DNA from: Myxococcota bacterium
Lineage (GTDB): Bacteria > Myxococcota_A > Polyangia > Nannocystales > Nannocystaceae
Reading direction: 5' to 3'
Length of the DNA stretch: 64,000 nucleotides
Assembly (NCBI GenBank): GCA_039028615.1
Contig: JBCCHT010000057.1
Span: forward strand, 11,156-75,155
Part shown: in pieces, positions 29,893 to 38,168 of the stretch
Layout of the letters: each line of letters opens with the position of its first letter
Numbering within the stretch: the stretch's first letter is position 1
Made by a program: the position numbers and the translations under genes
The notes under the pieces: model-generated
The model's database searches: none
Seen by the model: only the letters and a program-made list of their open reading frames with translations
What the model was told of the DNA's origin: nothing

Positions 29893-31008
29893 TCAGCCGG
29901 CGGGGATCTGCTCGCAGGTCTGCACGATCACCTGCGCGAGCGTATCGACCAGCACGGGCTCGAAGACCGCGGGGTCGCCACCGCCGAAGGGCAGCTCGGA
30001 CACCACGGGCGGCGAGCCGAAGTTGTCGAAGAGCACGCCCAGCGGGGTCTGGTCGAGGCAGAAGTCGTCGACGAAGCCGCCCCCGACCACGCACTCCATG
30101 CCGCCGCACCCGGCCTTGGCCGCGGCGAGCTTGTCGACGAGCTCCATCGCCTCGGTGTTCGGGGTCTGGTCGCCTTCGTCTTGAATGAAGAAGATCACCA
30201 GCACCGCGCCCTCGTCCCGAATGAAGCCCGCGTTGGTCGCGGCGTTGGCCGGGTCCGCAACCCAGCCCGCGCCTGCGCTCGACATCTCGATCTGCGAGCC
30301 GCTCTCGCCGATGTTGGCCGCGGCCGAAAACCAGCTCGACAGCGCGTCGACCTCGGCCTGCCCCGCGTCGGTGTTCAGCTCGAAGTAGAACTGTCCCTCG
30401 GCCTCGAAGAGCCGCCCCTGGGCCCCGTTGACGCCGGTATTGGTGACGTCGGGAGTCACGTAGAACGCGGCGGCCGGTTGATCGCCGTCTCCGGTGGCGA
30501 CGCAGTTCGAGGTGGAGCCGGAGTTGGAGTAGCCCATGGTGGTGCCGGTCACGCCCACGTGCAGGCTGGTGCCCGGCGGCAAGGTGTCGACGATGGCGTC
30601 GGCGAACGAGGGGAAGGCCTCGCCCAGCGCGACCTGGTGTTGGTTCATCGAGACGGAGTCGTCGATCACGAACAGCAGGTCTACCGCGGTGCAGCCGAGA
30701 CAGACCTCGCCATCGACACAGCGCCCGTCCCCGCCGTCGGGCGGACCGACATCGAGGATGAGCCCACCGTCGGACGAGCTTCCGCCGCTGGACCCCGCGC
30801 CAGATCCCGCGGTGGTGCTGGTGGCATCATCCACGCTCGCACTCGTGACCGCGGTCATCGTGGCCTGCCCCGCCGTGGTGCCGAGGTCCGCGTCGCCCGA
30901 GTCGAACAGGCCGACGTTGGACTGGAGCGGCTGGCATGCGACGACGCCGACCAGAGTCATCCCGACTCCCGTCCATCGACCGCCACCCTCGATCATTCCA
31001 CGTCGCAT
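29893..31008 (-). CDS. vWA-like (MIDAS DxSxS) lipoprotein, paralog A
   Basis: Lipobox VVA-C; DLLFVIDDSVSM; FIQDE. Start could be 30996. Confidence 0.82.
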   Translation of the reverse strand: MRRGMIEGGGRWTGVGMTLVGVVACQPLQSNVGLFDSGDADLGTTAGQATMTAVTSASVDDATSTTAGSGAGSSGGSSSDGGLILDVGPPDGGDGRCVDGEVCLGCTAVDLLFVIDDSVSMNQHQVALGEAFPSFADAIVDTLPPGTSLHVGVTGTTMGYSNSGSTSNCVATGDGDQPAAAFYVTPDVTNTGVNGAQGRLFEAEGQFYFELNTDAGQAEVDALSSWFSAAANIGESGSQIEMSSAGAGWVADPANAATNAGFIRDEGAVLVIFFIQDEGDQTPNTEAMELVDKLAAAKAGCGGMECVVGGGFVDDFCLDQTPLGVLFDNFGSPPVVSELPFGGGDPAVFEPVLVDTLAQVIVQTCEQIPAG

Positions 31009-31022
31009 CGGCTTCGCTTCGA

Positions 31023-31988
31023 TTACAGCACGACCTCCAGGCCGAGGCCCGTGCGCATGGCCACGGGGCGCGTGCGATGGGCTTCGCCGAGATCGGCAAC
31101 GACGAATGCATGAGGTGTGAGCGGGACCAGGCCATCGATCTGCAGCCGGAGTCGTAGCCGCGGGCGCACCGCGTAGGCGAAGGCCGCGCTGGCCTGCAGA
31201 TCCACGAGCAGACGATGCACGGTAAAGGGCTGCTGGAGGCCTTCGCCACGGGCCCGCAGCCAGCCGAGCTCCGGGCCCGCGCAGAGCGGCAGGGAGATGG
31301 CGTTCCATTCCGGGCGAACGCAACCGAGCGCGGCCACCCCGAGAAAGGAGATTCGAGCACCGCCGCTCGTGTCCGCCACGAACGCAGACTGCGGGATGTC
31401 GAAGGTCGTGCGCAGCTCGGCCCGCAGTGCCCCCCGCTCGACACTCCCCGACAACGAAGGGGCAAACCCGATCCGCGGCAGGACCCCGAAGGCGGCGAGC
31501 CCCGCAAAGCCCACGGTGCCTCGCACCCGCGGCTCGACGGGCGAGGGCACGGGCTCCACGTCTGGCTCCGAGGGGGCGGGGGCCTCCTCGACCGGCTCGA
31601 CGACGGGCTCACGCGGGGGTCCGCTGGCTTCGATCTCGGCCAGTACCGCCTGGGGATCGAGCAGCACCGAGACGATCAACGCCGCGCCTTCGGCCACCAC
31701 GGCGCAGCTCTCCCCGTCGATGGAGCGCCAGACCTCACCCTCGGGGAAGCGCATCCGCAGCGTCAGCACCCACTGTCCCTGCACCTGCTCGACGCGGGCT
31801 TCGGCTCGGGCACGCCAGCCCTCGGGTCGCGGGGCAGCGCTGACGAAGCGCTGCACCATGGTGACGACCTCGTCGTGAACGGGGCAGCCCGCGGGCGCCG
31901 TCCAAGCGAGGTCGACCGGAGCCACCTCCGCTGGCGCAGCCAGCTTCGCCGCCAGCACCACGCTCCACCCGAGCATGCCGACGAGCAT
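31023..31988 (-). CDS. Predicted outer-membrane partner of ECF module 1
   Basis: Signal peptide, WTAPAGCP N-domain, Pro/Glu linker, amphipathic strands ending GLGLEVVL; paralog at 47849. Confidence 0.75.
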   Translation of the reverse strand: MLVGMLGWSVVLAAKLAAPAEVAPVDLAWTAPAGCPVHDEVVTMVQRFVSAAPRPEGWRARAEARVEQVQGQWVLTLRMRFPEGEVWRSIDGESCAVVAEGAALIVSVLLDPQAVLAEIEASGPPREPVVEPVEEAPAPSEPDVEPVPSPVEPRVRGTVGFAGLAAFGVLPRIGFAPSLSGSVERGALRAELRTTFDIPQSAFVADTSGGARISFLGVAALGCVRPEWNAISLPLCAGPELGWLRARGEGLQQPFTVHRLLVDLQASAAFAYAVRPRLRLRLQIDGLVPLTPHAFVVADLGEAHRTRPVAMRTGLGLEVVL

Positions 31989-32030
31989 ACGACGACTCTC
32001 GCCGTCGTGGGCGAGGCATCGACCGCGCGA

Positions 32031-32861
32031 TCAGTCGAGCGCGCCGATGCAGGTGCCGGCAAAGCGACGCCGCAGCGCTTCGGAAGGATGCTTGGCGAGG
32101 TAGCGCTGGGCGACGTCTCGAGCCGACGGCTCGCGCCCGAGCTCACACAACGCGGTGACGCGCGACAGCTCGCGCTCGCGGGCAAAGGTGCCGTGGGGGA
32201 ACTCGCGATGGTGCCGCTCGAGCAACACCAGCGCGCGCTTGGGCTTGCCCTCGGCCAACGCCCGCCGGGCGGCCCCAAACAGCGCGACCTCCCCTTCGAG
32301 CCCGGGCTCGTCGCCCTGCCCTTCGGCCTCGTCGACGGCCGTCGTCTTCACCTCGTCGGGCTCGACCGAGTGCTCGACGGCCGCACGCCGGACTGCCGCC
32401 CGCGAAGGCCTGCGAGCAACGTCGGACTCCGGCGACGTGGCCTCCACCGTCGGCTGCGACGACGGAGACTCCAGCGGCGCCCCTCGTTCTCCTCCCGTGG
32501 CCGCAGGCGCAGGCATGGCCGCGGGCACGGGCCCTTCGGGCGCCGCGGTCTCGACCGGGCTCGCGGGTGGAGTGCTCGCCGCAACCGTGGGCGGCGATTG
32601 CTCGTCGTCCCCCGGACTCACCACCACCAGTGCGACCACCCCGGCGAGCAATCCACCCGCGAGCACCATCCACCCCTTGGCCAGCCCCGTCTGGGTCGCG
32701 GTGGCCGTGGTGGTCGCCCCCGGTTCGATCGGCGGCCCGTGATCGCCGGCCGCCCAGCGCCGCTGCACGGCCGACCACGTGCGGGTCTTGACCGCCGTGC
32801 TCGGGCTATCGAAGCGCTGCGCGGCGTCGATGATGGCCTGGACCGAATCTTCTGAACTCAT
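32031..32861 (-). CDS. Putative anti-sigma factor (single TM, C-terminal TPR-like helical domain)
   Basis: ATGA-coupled to the ECF sigma; TM WMVLAGGLLAGVVALVVV; EVALFGAARRAL..FPHG..ERE..ALC. Confidence 0.78.
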   Translation of the reverse strand: MSSEDSVQAIIDAAQRFDSPSTAVKTRTWSAVQRRWAAGDHGPPIEPGATTTATATQTGLAKGWMVLAGGLLAGVVALVVVSPGDDEQSPPTVAASTPPASPVETAAPEGPVPAAMPAPAATGGERGAPLESPSSQPTVEATSPESDVARRPSRAAVRRAAVEHSVEPDEVKTTAVDEAEGQGDEPGLEGEVALFGAARRALAEGKPKRALVLLERHHREFPHGTFARERELSRVTALCELGREPSARDVAQRYLAKHPSEALRRRFAGTCIGALD

Positions 32862-33415
32862 GGTGTCGTCCTCCGCCCCTGGCGCTGCGCCCTTCGAACG
32901 TACTTCTCGAAGCGTACGCGGAGCTTGCGGCGTTGGGAGTACAAGGTGTTGCGATTGAGCCCGAGCGCAGCCGAGGCCTCGGTCCCCGACAGGTCCTCCA
33001 GCTCGCACAGCACGAACAGGGCCCGGGCCCCCTCGTCGAGCTGCTCGAGGAAACCGTTGACGAGGTCGGCCGCTTCTCGGGCCGAGGCACGCGACTCGGG
33101 GTCGGGGGGTGGCTCGACCGGCGGGAGGGCCTCCAGCCGTCGCGCGGCCCGCTGGGCGCTGCGCCGATGGTCCTTGGCCACGCGCCTCGAGATCCCGAAC
33201 AGCCAGGCTCGCATGGGAAACGCGGGGTCGTAGTCCGGCAGTCGGCGGCGGACCACCAAGAACACGTCTTGGGCCACGTCCTCGGCGCTCGACGAGGACA
33301 ACCCCAGCCGAATGAGCGAGCGCCAGACGAAGCTGAAGTGCTCCTCATAAAGAGCCCCCAGGTCGGGAAGCTCCTGCTGCGTCCGGGCGGCGCCCACAAC
33401 CTTCGACTTGGCCAC
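32858..33415 (-). CDS. ECF RNA polymerase sigma factor
   Basis: LYEEHFSFVWR, AEDVAQDVF, AWLFGI; region 4 LFVLCELEDLSGTEASAALGLNRNTLYS. Confidence 0.92.
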   Translation of the reverse strand: MAKSKVVGAARTQQELPDLGALYEEHFSFVWRSLIRLGLSSSSAEDVAQDVFLVVRRRLPDYDPAFPMRAWLFGISRRVAKDHRRSAQRAARRLEALPPVEPPPDPESRASAREAADLVNGFLEQLDEGARALFVLCELEDLSGTEASAALGLNRNTLYSQRRKLRVRFEKYVRRAQRQGRRTTP

Positions 33416-33573
33416 GGTCCCCGATGATTGTGACGCGAAATGAACGTCGTCGTGGCGACATTGTGCGCACCCGCATGAAAGCCGAGATTTTTCGACACAA
33501 TCTCGTCGCCGGGCGCCCAATACCCGACGTGTATGGCCGCGAGGGCTCGTCCGCCCTCCGGGAGGGTGTGATC

Positions 33574-34740
33574 ATGGTTGAGGCACGTTTTGCGCTCACG
33601 ACGGCGCTGTTCATTGGGCTGCTCGGCTGTAACGGCTCCGACGACGACAACCCCTTCGACAACCCCACGGGGGCAGGAGGGGGCGGCAACGCGACGCTGG
33701 GCAACGACGACGACGACGGGCTCGACGACGGCCCGGGTGCCGGCACGAGCAACGGCGGCTCCGCAACCGCGGGCGACGGCGCGGACGAGAGCGCCGACGA
33801 CGACGACGGCCCCAGCGGACCCCTGCTCGACGTCGCGGCCAGCGACATCGGAGGCGGCTGCGTCGGCGAGGGCTGCAACGCGGGCTGCACCAGCGTCGAC
33901 CTCGTGTTCGTGATCGACAACTCGGGCTCGATGGGCGGCTACCAGGCCGCGCTGGGCCTGGCCTTCCCCGCCTTCGCCGAGACCCTCGACTCGGCCCTGC
34001 CACAGGGCACCAACCTGCACGTCGGGGTCACCAGCACCGAGATGGGCTACTCGAGCGGCGGCAGCACCTCGATCAGCAACGGCACCTGCAACTTCACGGG
34101 GGACGACGGCCAGTCGAACGATGCCTTCTACGTGACCCCGGACGTGATGGACAGCGGGCGCAACGGAGCGCAGGGTCGGCTCTACGACCCGGGCGGCGGC
34201 CAGACCTACTTCGAGTACACGACGGGCACGGGGGGCGCCGAGCTGGGCGCGCTCGAGAGCTGGTTCTCCTCCGCGGCCAACATCGGCACGGGCGGCTCCA
34301 ACATCGAGATGTCGGGCGCGCCCGCGGGCTGGGTCGCGGACGCGAGCAACGACGCGACCAATGCCGGCTTCATCCGCGACGAGGGCTCGGTGCTGGTCGT
34401 GTTCTTCATGCAGGACGAGCCCGACCAGACCCCGACCCAAGTCGGGGGGCAGCCGGCCGGGCCCGCCATGCTCGACAAGCTCATCGCGGCCAAGGCAGCC
34501 TGCGGCGGCACCGACTGCATCATCGCGGGCGGGTTCCTCAACGCCAACGCCTGCAGCGCGACCGGAAACCTCCCGCTCGACGACATCCTCGCGGGCGTGG
34601 GCGAGGCCCCGATCGTGCAGCCGCTGCCCAACGAAAACCTCGGGGCCCAGGCCGCGGCCGACGAAATGAACGTCGTGCTCAGCGGCACCCTGGCCGAAGT
34701 GATCGCCCAGACCTGCGACGAGATTCCACCCGCCGGCTAA
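33574..34740 (+). CDS. vWA-like (MIDAS DxSxS) lipoprotein, paralog B
   Basis: GGAGGG ribosome-binding site; lipobox LLG-C; DLVFVIDNSGSM; colinear with paralog A. Confidence 0.85.
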   Translation: MVEARFALTTALFIGLLGCNGSDDDNPFDNPTGAGGGGNATLGNDDDDGLDDGPGAGTSNGGSATAGDGADESADDDDGPSGPLLDVAASDIGGGCVGEGCNAGCTSVDLVFVIDNSGSMGGYQAALGLAFPAFAETLDSALPQGTNLHVGVTSTEMGYSSGGSTSISNGTCNFTGDDGQSNDAFYVTPDVMDSGRNGAQGRLYDPGGGQTYFEYTTGTGGAELGALESWFSSAANIGTGGSNIEMSGAPAGWVADASNDATNAGFIRDEGSVLVVFFMQDEPDQTPTQVGGQPAGPAMLDKLIAAKAACGGTDCIIAGGFLNANACSATGNLPLDDILAGVGEAPIVQPLPNENLGAQAAADEMNVVLSGTLAEVIAQTCDEIPPAG

Positions 34741-34785
34741 CCCTCCCTTCCACTCACCCTAGCCGGCTCATCCAACCCACACCCA

Positions 34786-34825
34786 AAAGGAACGGCCCGG
34801 CTCACCGCTCGCGGTGGGCCGGGCC
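34786..34825. terminator. Hairpin terminator between convergent genes
   Basis: GGCCCGGCTCACCG-CTCG-CGGTGGGCCGGGCC; T-run on the minus strand. Confidence 0.7.
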
Positions 34826-34845
34826 TTCCGTCCATGGGGGTGTCG

Positions 34846-35814
34846 CTACTTGCCCGGGGGGAACCCGCGGGGCGGACGGATCTCGATGCCGTCCATCAAG
34901 TTTCGCTCGCGCGCCTGCTCGACGTAGTAGTCGGCTTCGCGCCCGCCCTCGACGGTGCCGTCGAGGCACAGCGCTTCGAGTCGCTGACGCAGCTGCGCCA
35001 GGTGCTTGCCCGGCGGCAGGGCCAGCGCCTTCATCAGTGAGTTGCCGAGCCCCGCGGGCAGCGGCTTGGGGCGAGCGTCTTCCTCGGCCAGCCGAGCGAT
35101 CCGCTCCTCGAGCTCCTTGATCCCCCGCAGGCACCGAGCGCGCTTGCCCGGTCGCTTGCTGGTGACGTCGGCCCGCGAAAGATCGAGCAGGTCGACCAAG
35201 AACGGGGCCATCTCGCGATGGAAGCGACGCACCGCGCTGTCCGTCCAGCCGCGCTCGTACTGCCCCGCCCGCAGGTGGTGCAGGATCAGCAGCTCCACCC
35301 GCTCCTCGAGATCGGAGGGAAAGCCGATGCGCCGCGCGGGACCGCGCCTAAACATGCGGACCCCCTCTTCGGCGTGACCGTGGAAGGTCACCTTGCCGTC
35401 GGGCAAGAAGCGACGAGTCGTCACCTTCCCGATGTCGTGCAGCGCCGCGGCCCAGCGAACGGCCGGACGTGGTACGGCTTGGCGGACGACCGTCTTGGTA
35501 TGGTCCCAAACGTCCTTGTGACGCCGGCCGCCTTCCTGGGACAGCGCATGGGTCGCGTCCAGCTCGGGCAACAAGCGGATCAGCAACCCTGCGTCCCGCA
35601 GCCACTGGAGCACGGCGTGCGGGTGACGGGCGCATAGCGGCGGCGTCAGGCGTTCGTAGATCTCGGCGGGCTCGATCTCGAAGACGAGGTCGGCCTGCTC
35701 AGCGATCTGCGCGGTCAGCGAGGAATCGGGCAGCTCGCCTGTCTCACCGATCTTGGCGAGCGGCGTAAACAGGTCTCCGGGTGCCACGGAAGCGATGGAA
35801 GGTGCGACGGACAC
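34846..35814 (-). CDS. HD-domain phosphohydrolase resembling the C-terminal half of CCA-adding enzymes
   Basis: GLL..LLPEL, HKDVWDHT, ALHDIGK, FHGHAEEG, DSAVRR, ADVTSK; no nucleotidyltransferase head. Confidence 0.85.
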   Translation of the reverse strand: MSVAPSIASVAPGDLFTPLAKIGETGELPDSSLTAQIAEQADLVFEIEPAEIYERLTPPLCARHPHAVLQWLRDAGLLIRLLPELDATHALSQEGGRRHKDVWDHTKTVVRQAVPRPAVRWAAALHDIGKVTTRRFLPDGKVTFHGHAEEGVRMFRRGPARRIGFPSDLEERVELLILHHLRAGQYERGWTDSAVRRFHREMAPFLVDLLDLSRADVTSKRPGKRARCLRGIKELEERIARLAEEDARPKPLPAGLGNSLMKALALPPGKHLAQLRQRLEALCLDGTVEGGREADYYVEQARERNLMDGIEIRPPRGFPPGK

Positions 35815-35974
35815 GGTACCGCGGTGGTGTTTACCCCAGATCGACGGGATGGGGCAGCGGTGCTGGGTGGGCCCGACCGAGCCACCGCTGAGGGCGTCTG
35901 AACCGGTGCAGATCGCCACAACGGCCCGAGCCCGCGGCGACCGTGATAGGCTCCGGTCAGGGTCTCGGGGCTTC

Positions 35975-36688
35975 ATGTCGTCGCATTCGCCGCAGCTCGG
36001 CTACAACCACAACATCCCGCACCGCGGCCGCCTGTACCACGTGCAAACCGAAGATTCGGGCATCGATAAGGCCCACATCTTCACGCACATCTTCTACGAC
36101 GGCACGATCATCTCGAGCCGGAAGGTCGACTACCAAGACAAGGTCGAGCCCGGCGTCGATGCGAGCGACCTGGGGCCGATCATCATCGGCTTGATGCAGG
36201 ACTCGCACAAGACGATGATCAAGTCGCTGCGTCACGGCGACTTCGACGAGAAGATCGTCGCGGTCATCGGCGAGCACCCCGTCGCGGACAACAGCGCGCC
36301 CTTCGAGCCCGCCGCGGCCGAGTCCTCCGAGCGACCCGAGCGGCGCCCCGTGCCCGAGCCTCGCGACGTGGAGTCGCAAGGCCCGCCGCTTTCGCCGGGC
36401 AAGCCGGGGCCGACCGTCGACCCGAGCCTCTCGCACCCCGTCTACGCGTCGTCCGAAGCGCGCGCTCAGGTCCGAGCGAGCGCCGCGGGGCACGGCCCGC
36501 AACGACCGAGCCGCGGCCCCAGCCGCATCCGACGGCGCGCCATCGGTGGCATCGGTGGCGCGGGCGTCAAGGCGGGCACTCCCGTTCCGATCAACGAGCG
36601 CCGCGACATCATCGTCGGCAAATTCGCCAGTGAGCATCAAGCTCAGCTCGATGAGGACATCCTCTCGCTGCTGCGCGACGATGCGTGA
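35975..36688 (+). CDS. Conserved-looking hypothetical protein
   Basis: Globular N-domain LGYNHNI..YHVQTEDSG, disordered middle, C-terminal LDEDILSLL. Confidence 0.78.
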   Translation: MSSHSPQLGYNHNIPHRGRLYHVQTEDSGIDKAHIFTHIFYDGTIISSRKVDYQDKVEPGVDASDLGPIIIGLMQDSHKTMIKSLRHGDFDEKIVAVIGEHPVADNSAPFEPAAAESSERPERRPVPEPRDVESQGPPLSPGKPGPTVDPSLSHPVYASSEARAQVRASAAGHGPQRPSRGPSRIRRRAIGGIGGAGVKAGTPVPINERRDIIVGKFASEHQAQLDEDILSLLRDDA

Positions 36689-36703
36689 TAGGCAACGCGG
36701 GTC

Positions 36704-37018
36704 ATGGCCCAGACCTCGGCCCACGATCTCCCGGAGGGACTCGCTCCTCCCACGTCTCCCGATGCCCCCGTCGTGCTCTACACGACGCCGTGGTGCGGCT
36801 TCTGCCGAGCCGCCCTCGCGTTGCTCGAGCGCCGCGACATCGCGTTCGTCAACGTGGACGTGATGGGCAACCTCCCCGCGCGCAACTGGCTGATGCAGGC
36901 CACGGGGCGCGGCACCGTCCCGCAGATCTTCATCCATGGAGAGAGCATCGGCGGCTTCGACGAGCTCGCTCAGCTCGACGGAGACGGCTCGCTCCACTCC
37001 ATGGTCGTCAAATCCTGA
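36704..37018 (+). CDS. grxC: Glutaredoxin (Grx3-like)
   Basis: WCGFC, TVPQIFI, IGGFDEL. Confidence 0.92.
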   Translation: MAQTSAHDLPEGLAPPTSPDAPVVLYTTPWCGFCRAALALLERRDIAFVNVDVMGNLPARNWLMQATGRGTVPQIFIHGESIGGFDELAQLDGDGSLHSMVVKS

Positions 37019-37109
37019 GTCGACCCGCGTGGTCGTGGCCCGCATCGGGATGCCATCGCATGGCTGTTCTCGTGGGTGACTGCACGTTATGATCCCTTTG
37101 CCAAGCACC

Positions 37110-37835
37110 ATGTCCGCCCTCACTCATGCCCCATCCTCGTGGCTCCGCCCCCTTGCCTTTGCCCTCGTGCTGGGTGCGGGAGCGCTGGCCGCCCCCAATG
37201 CTCTCGCCAGTGAAGTCAAGTTCGCCGCCGAGCCCTTCGAGACCAAGGACGACGGCAGCCTGACGGATGCCGGCCGCGGTGCGGCCATCAGCGAACTCGC
37301 CAGCCTGCCTGGCGAGGAGAGCTGGCCGCTCCACATCTGGGCCAAGCTCGATAAGGGCGCCCCCGGTCCGCTCTACGTCGAGTTCTTCGACAAGCTCCCC
37401 GGCAGCGGCAAGCGCTACATGGCGTGGCGCTACGAACACAACGGCTACGAAGGGGAGAAATACGTCTCCATCGAGGTCGAGCTCGACGGCAACACCGGCT
37501 TCAACAAAGACCACACCTATACGGTCGAGGTCAGCCAGGTGAACGACAAGGGCCGCAACATCAAGCTCACCGAAGGCAAGCTGAAGCTGACGTACACCGA
37601 GCCCCCCGAAGACGAGGGCGACGACGACGGCGAGGACGAAGAGGTCTCCGAGCAGGACGTGCTCGACAGCTTCGCCGGCGGTGACGAAGACGGCGACGGC
37701 GACGAAGCGCCTCCCGAGATCGCGCCCCCCGCCAAGAAGAAGGGCTGCAACGTCGATCCGGGCGTGGGTGCTGCGCCAGGTGTGCTCGTGCTGCTGCTGC
37801 TCGGCGGCGGACTCGTCCGACGTCGTCGCCGCTGA
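37110..37835 (+). CDS. MYXO-CTERM sorted surface protein
   Basis: Signal peptide; acidic linker; KKKGCNV + hydrophobic helix + RRRRR C-terminus. Confidence 0.87.
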   Translation: MSALTHAPSSWLRPLAFALVLGAGALAAPNALASEVKFAAEPFETKDDGSLTDAGRGAAISELASLPGEESWPLHIWAKLDKGAPGPLYVEFFDKLPGSGKRYMAWRYEHNGYEGEKYVSIEVELDGNTGFNKDHTYTVEVSQVNDKGRNIKLTEGKLKLTYTEPPEDEGDDDGEDEEVSEQDVLDSFAGGDEDGDGDEAPPEIAPPAKKKGCNVDPGVGAAPGVLVLLLLGGGLVRRRRR

Positions 37836-38168
37836 CGATTGCTCCATCGCCTCCCCCACCCTGGGTCATCGGCAGCGATGGGTCCGGGTGGGGCATCCAG
37901 CCCCAACCGCGCGGGCATGGAAACGGAACAAGGTCTCTTCCCGCTCGGGTCGAGACCTTTGTTGCGTGATCGGTGGAGCCAATCCCCCCACCGAACCATC
38001 GTCGATCCGCGGGCCGCGCACCCTCATGTTGGACATGACAGGAATCGCGCCGTCACTGCGGTGATCCGTCGCAATCGTCATCGTGCCTGCGCTCGCTCAC
38101 CGCGCTACCCTTGGAACCGTTACTCGATTTCCCCTGAACCTGGCTCGCACAAAGAGGATCGCTTGAAC

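Noticed and set aside
33490..33525. Common ECF promoter motif (AATC..N..C.ATA) upstream of lipoprotein genes at 33574, 50369 and 56121
   Set aside because: Spacing and sequence were inconsistent between sites; it cannot be supported by eye.
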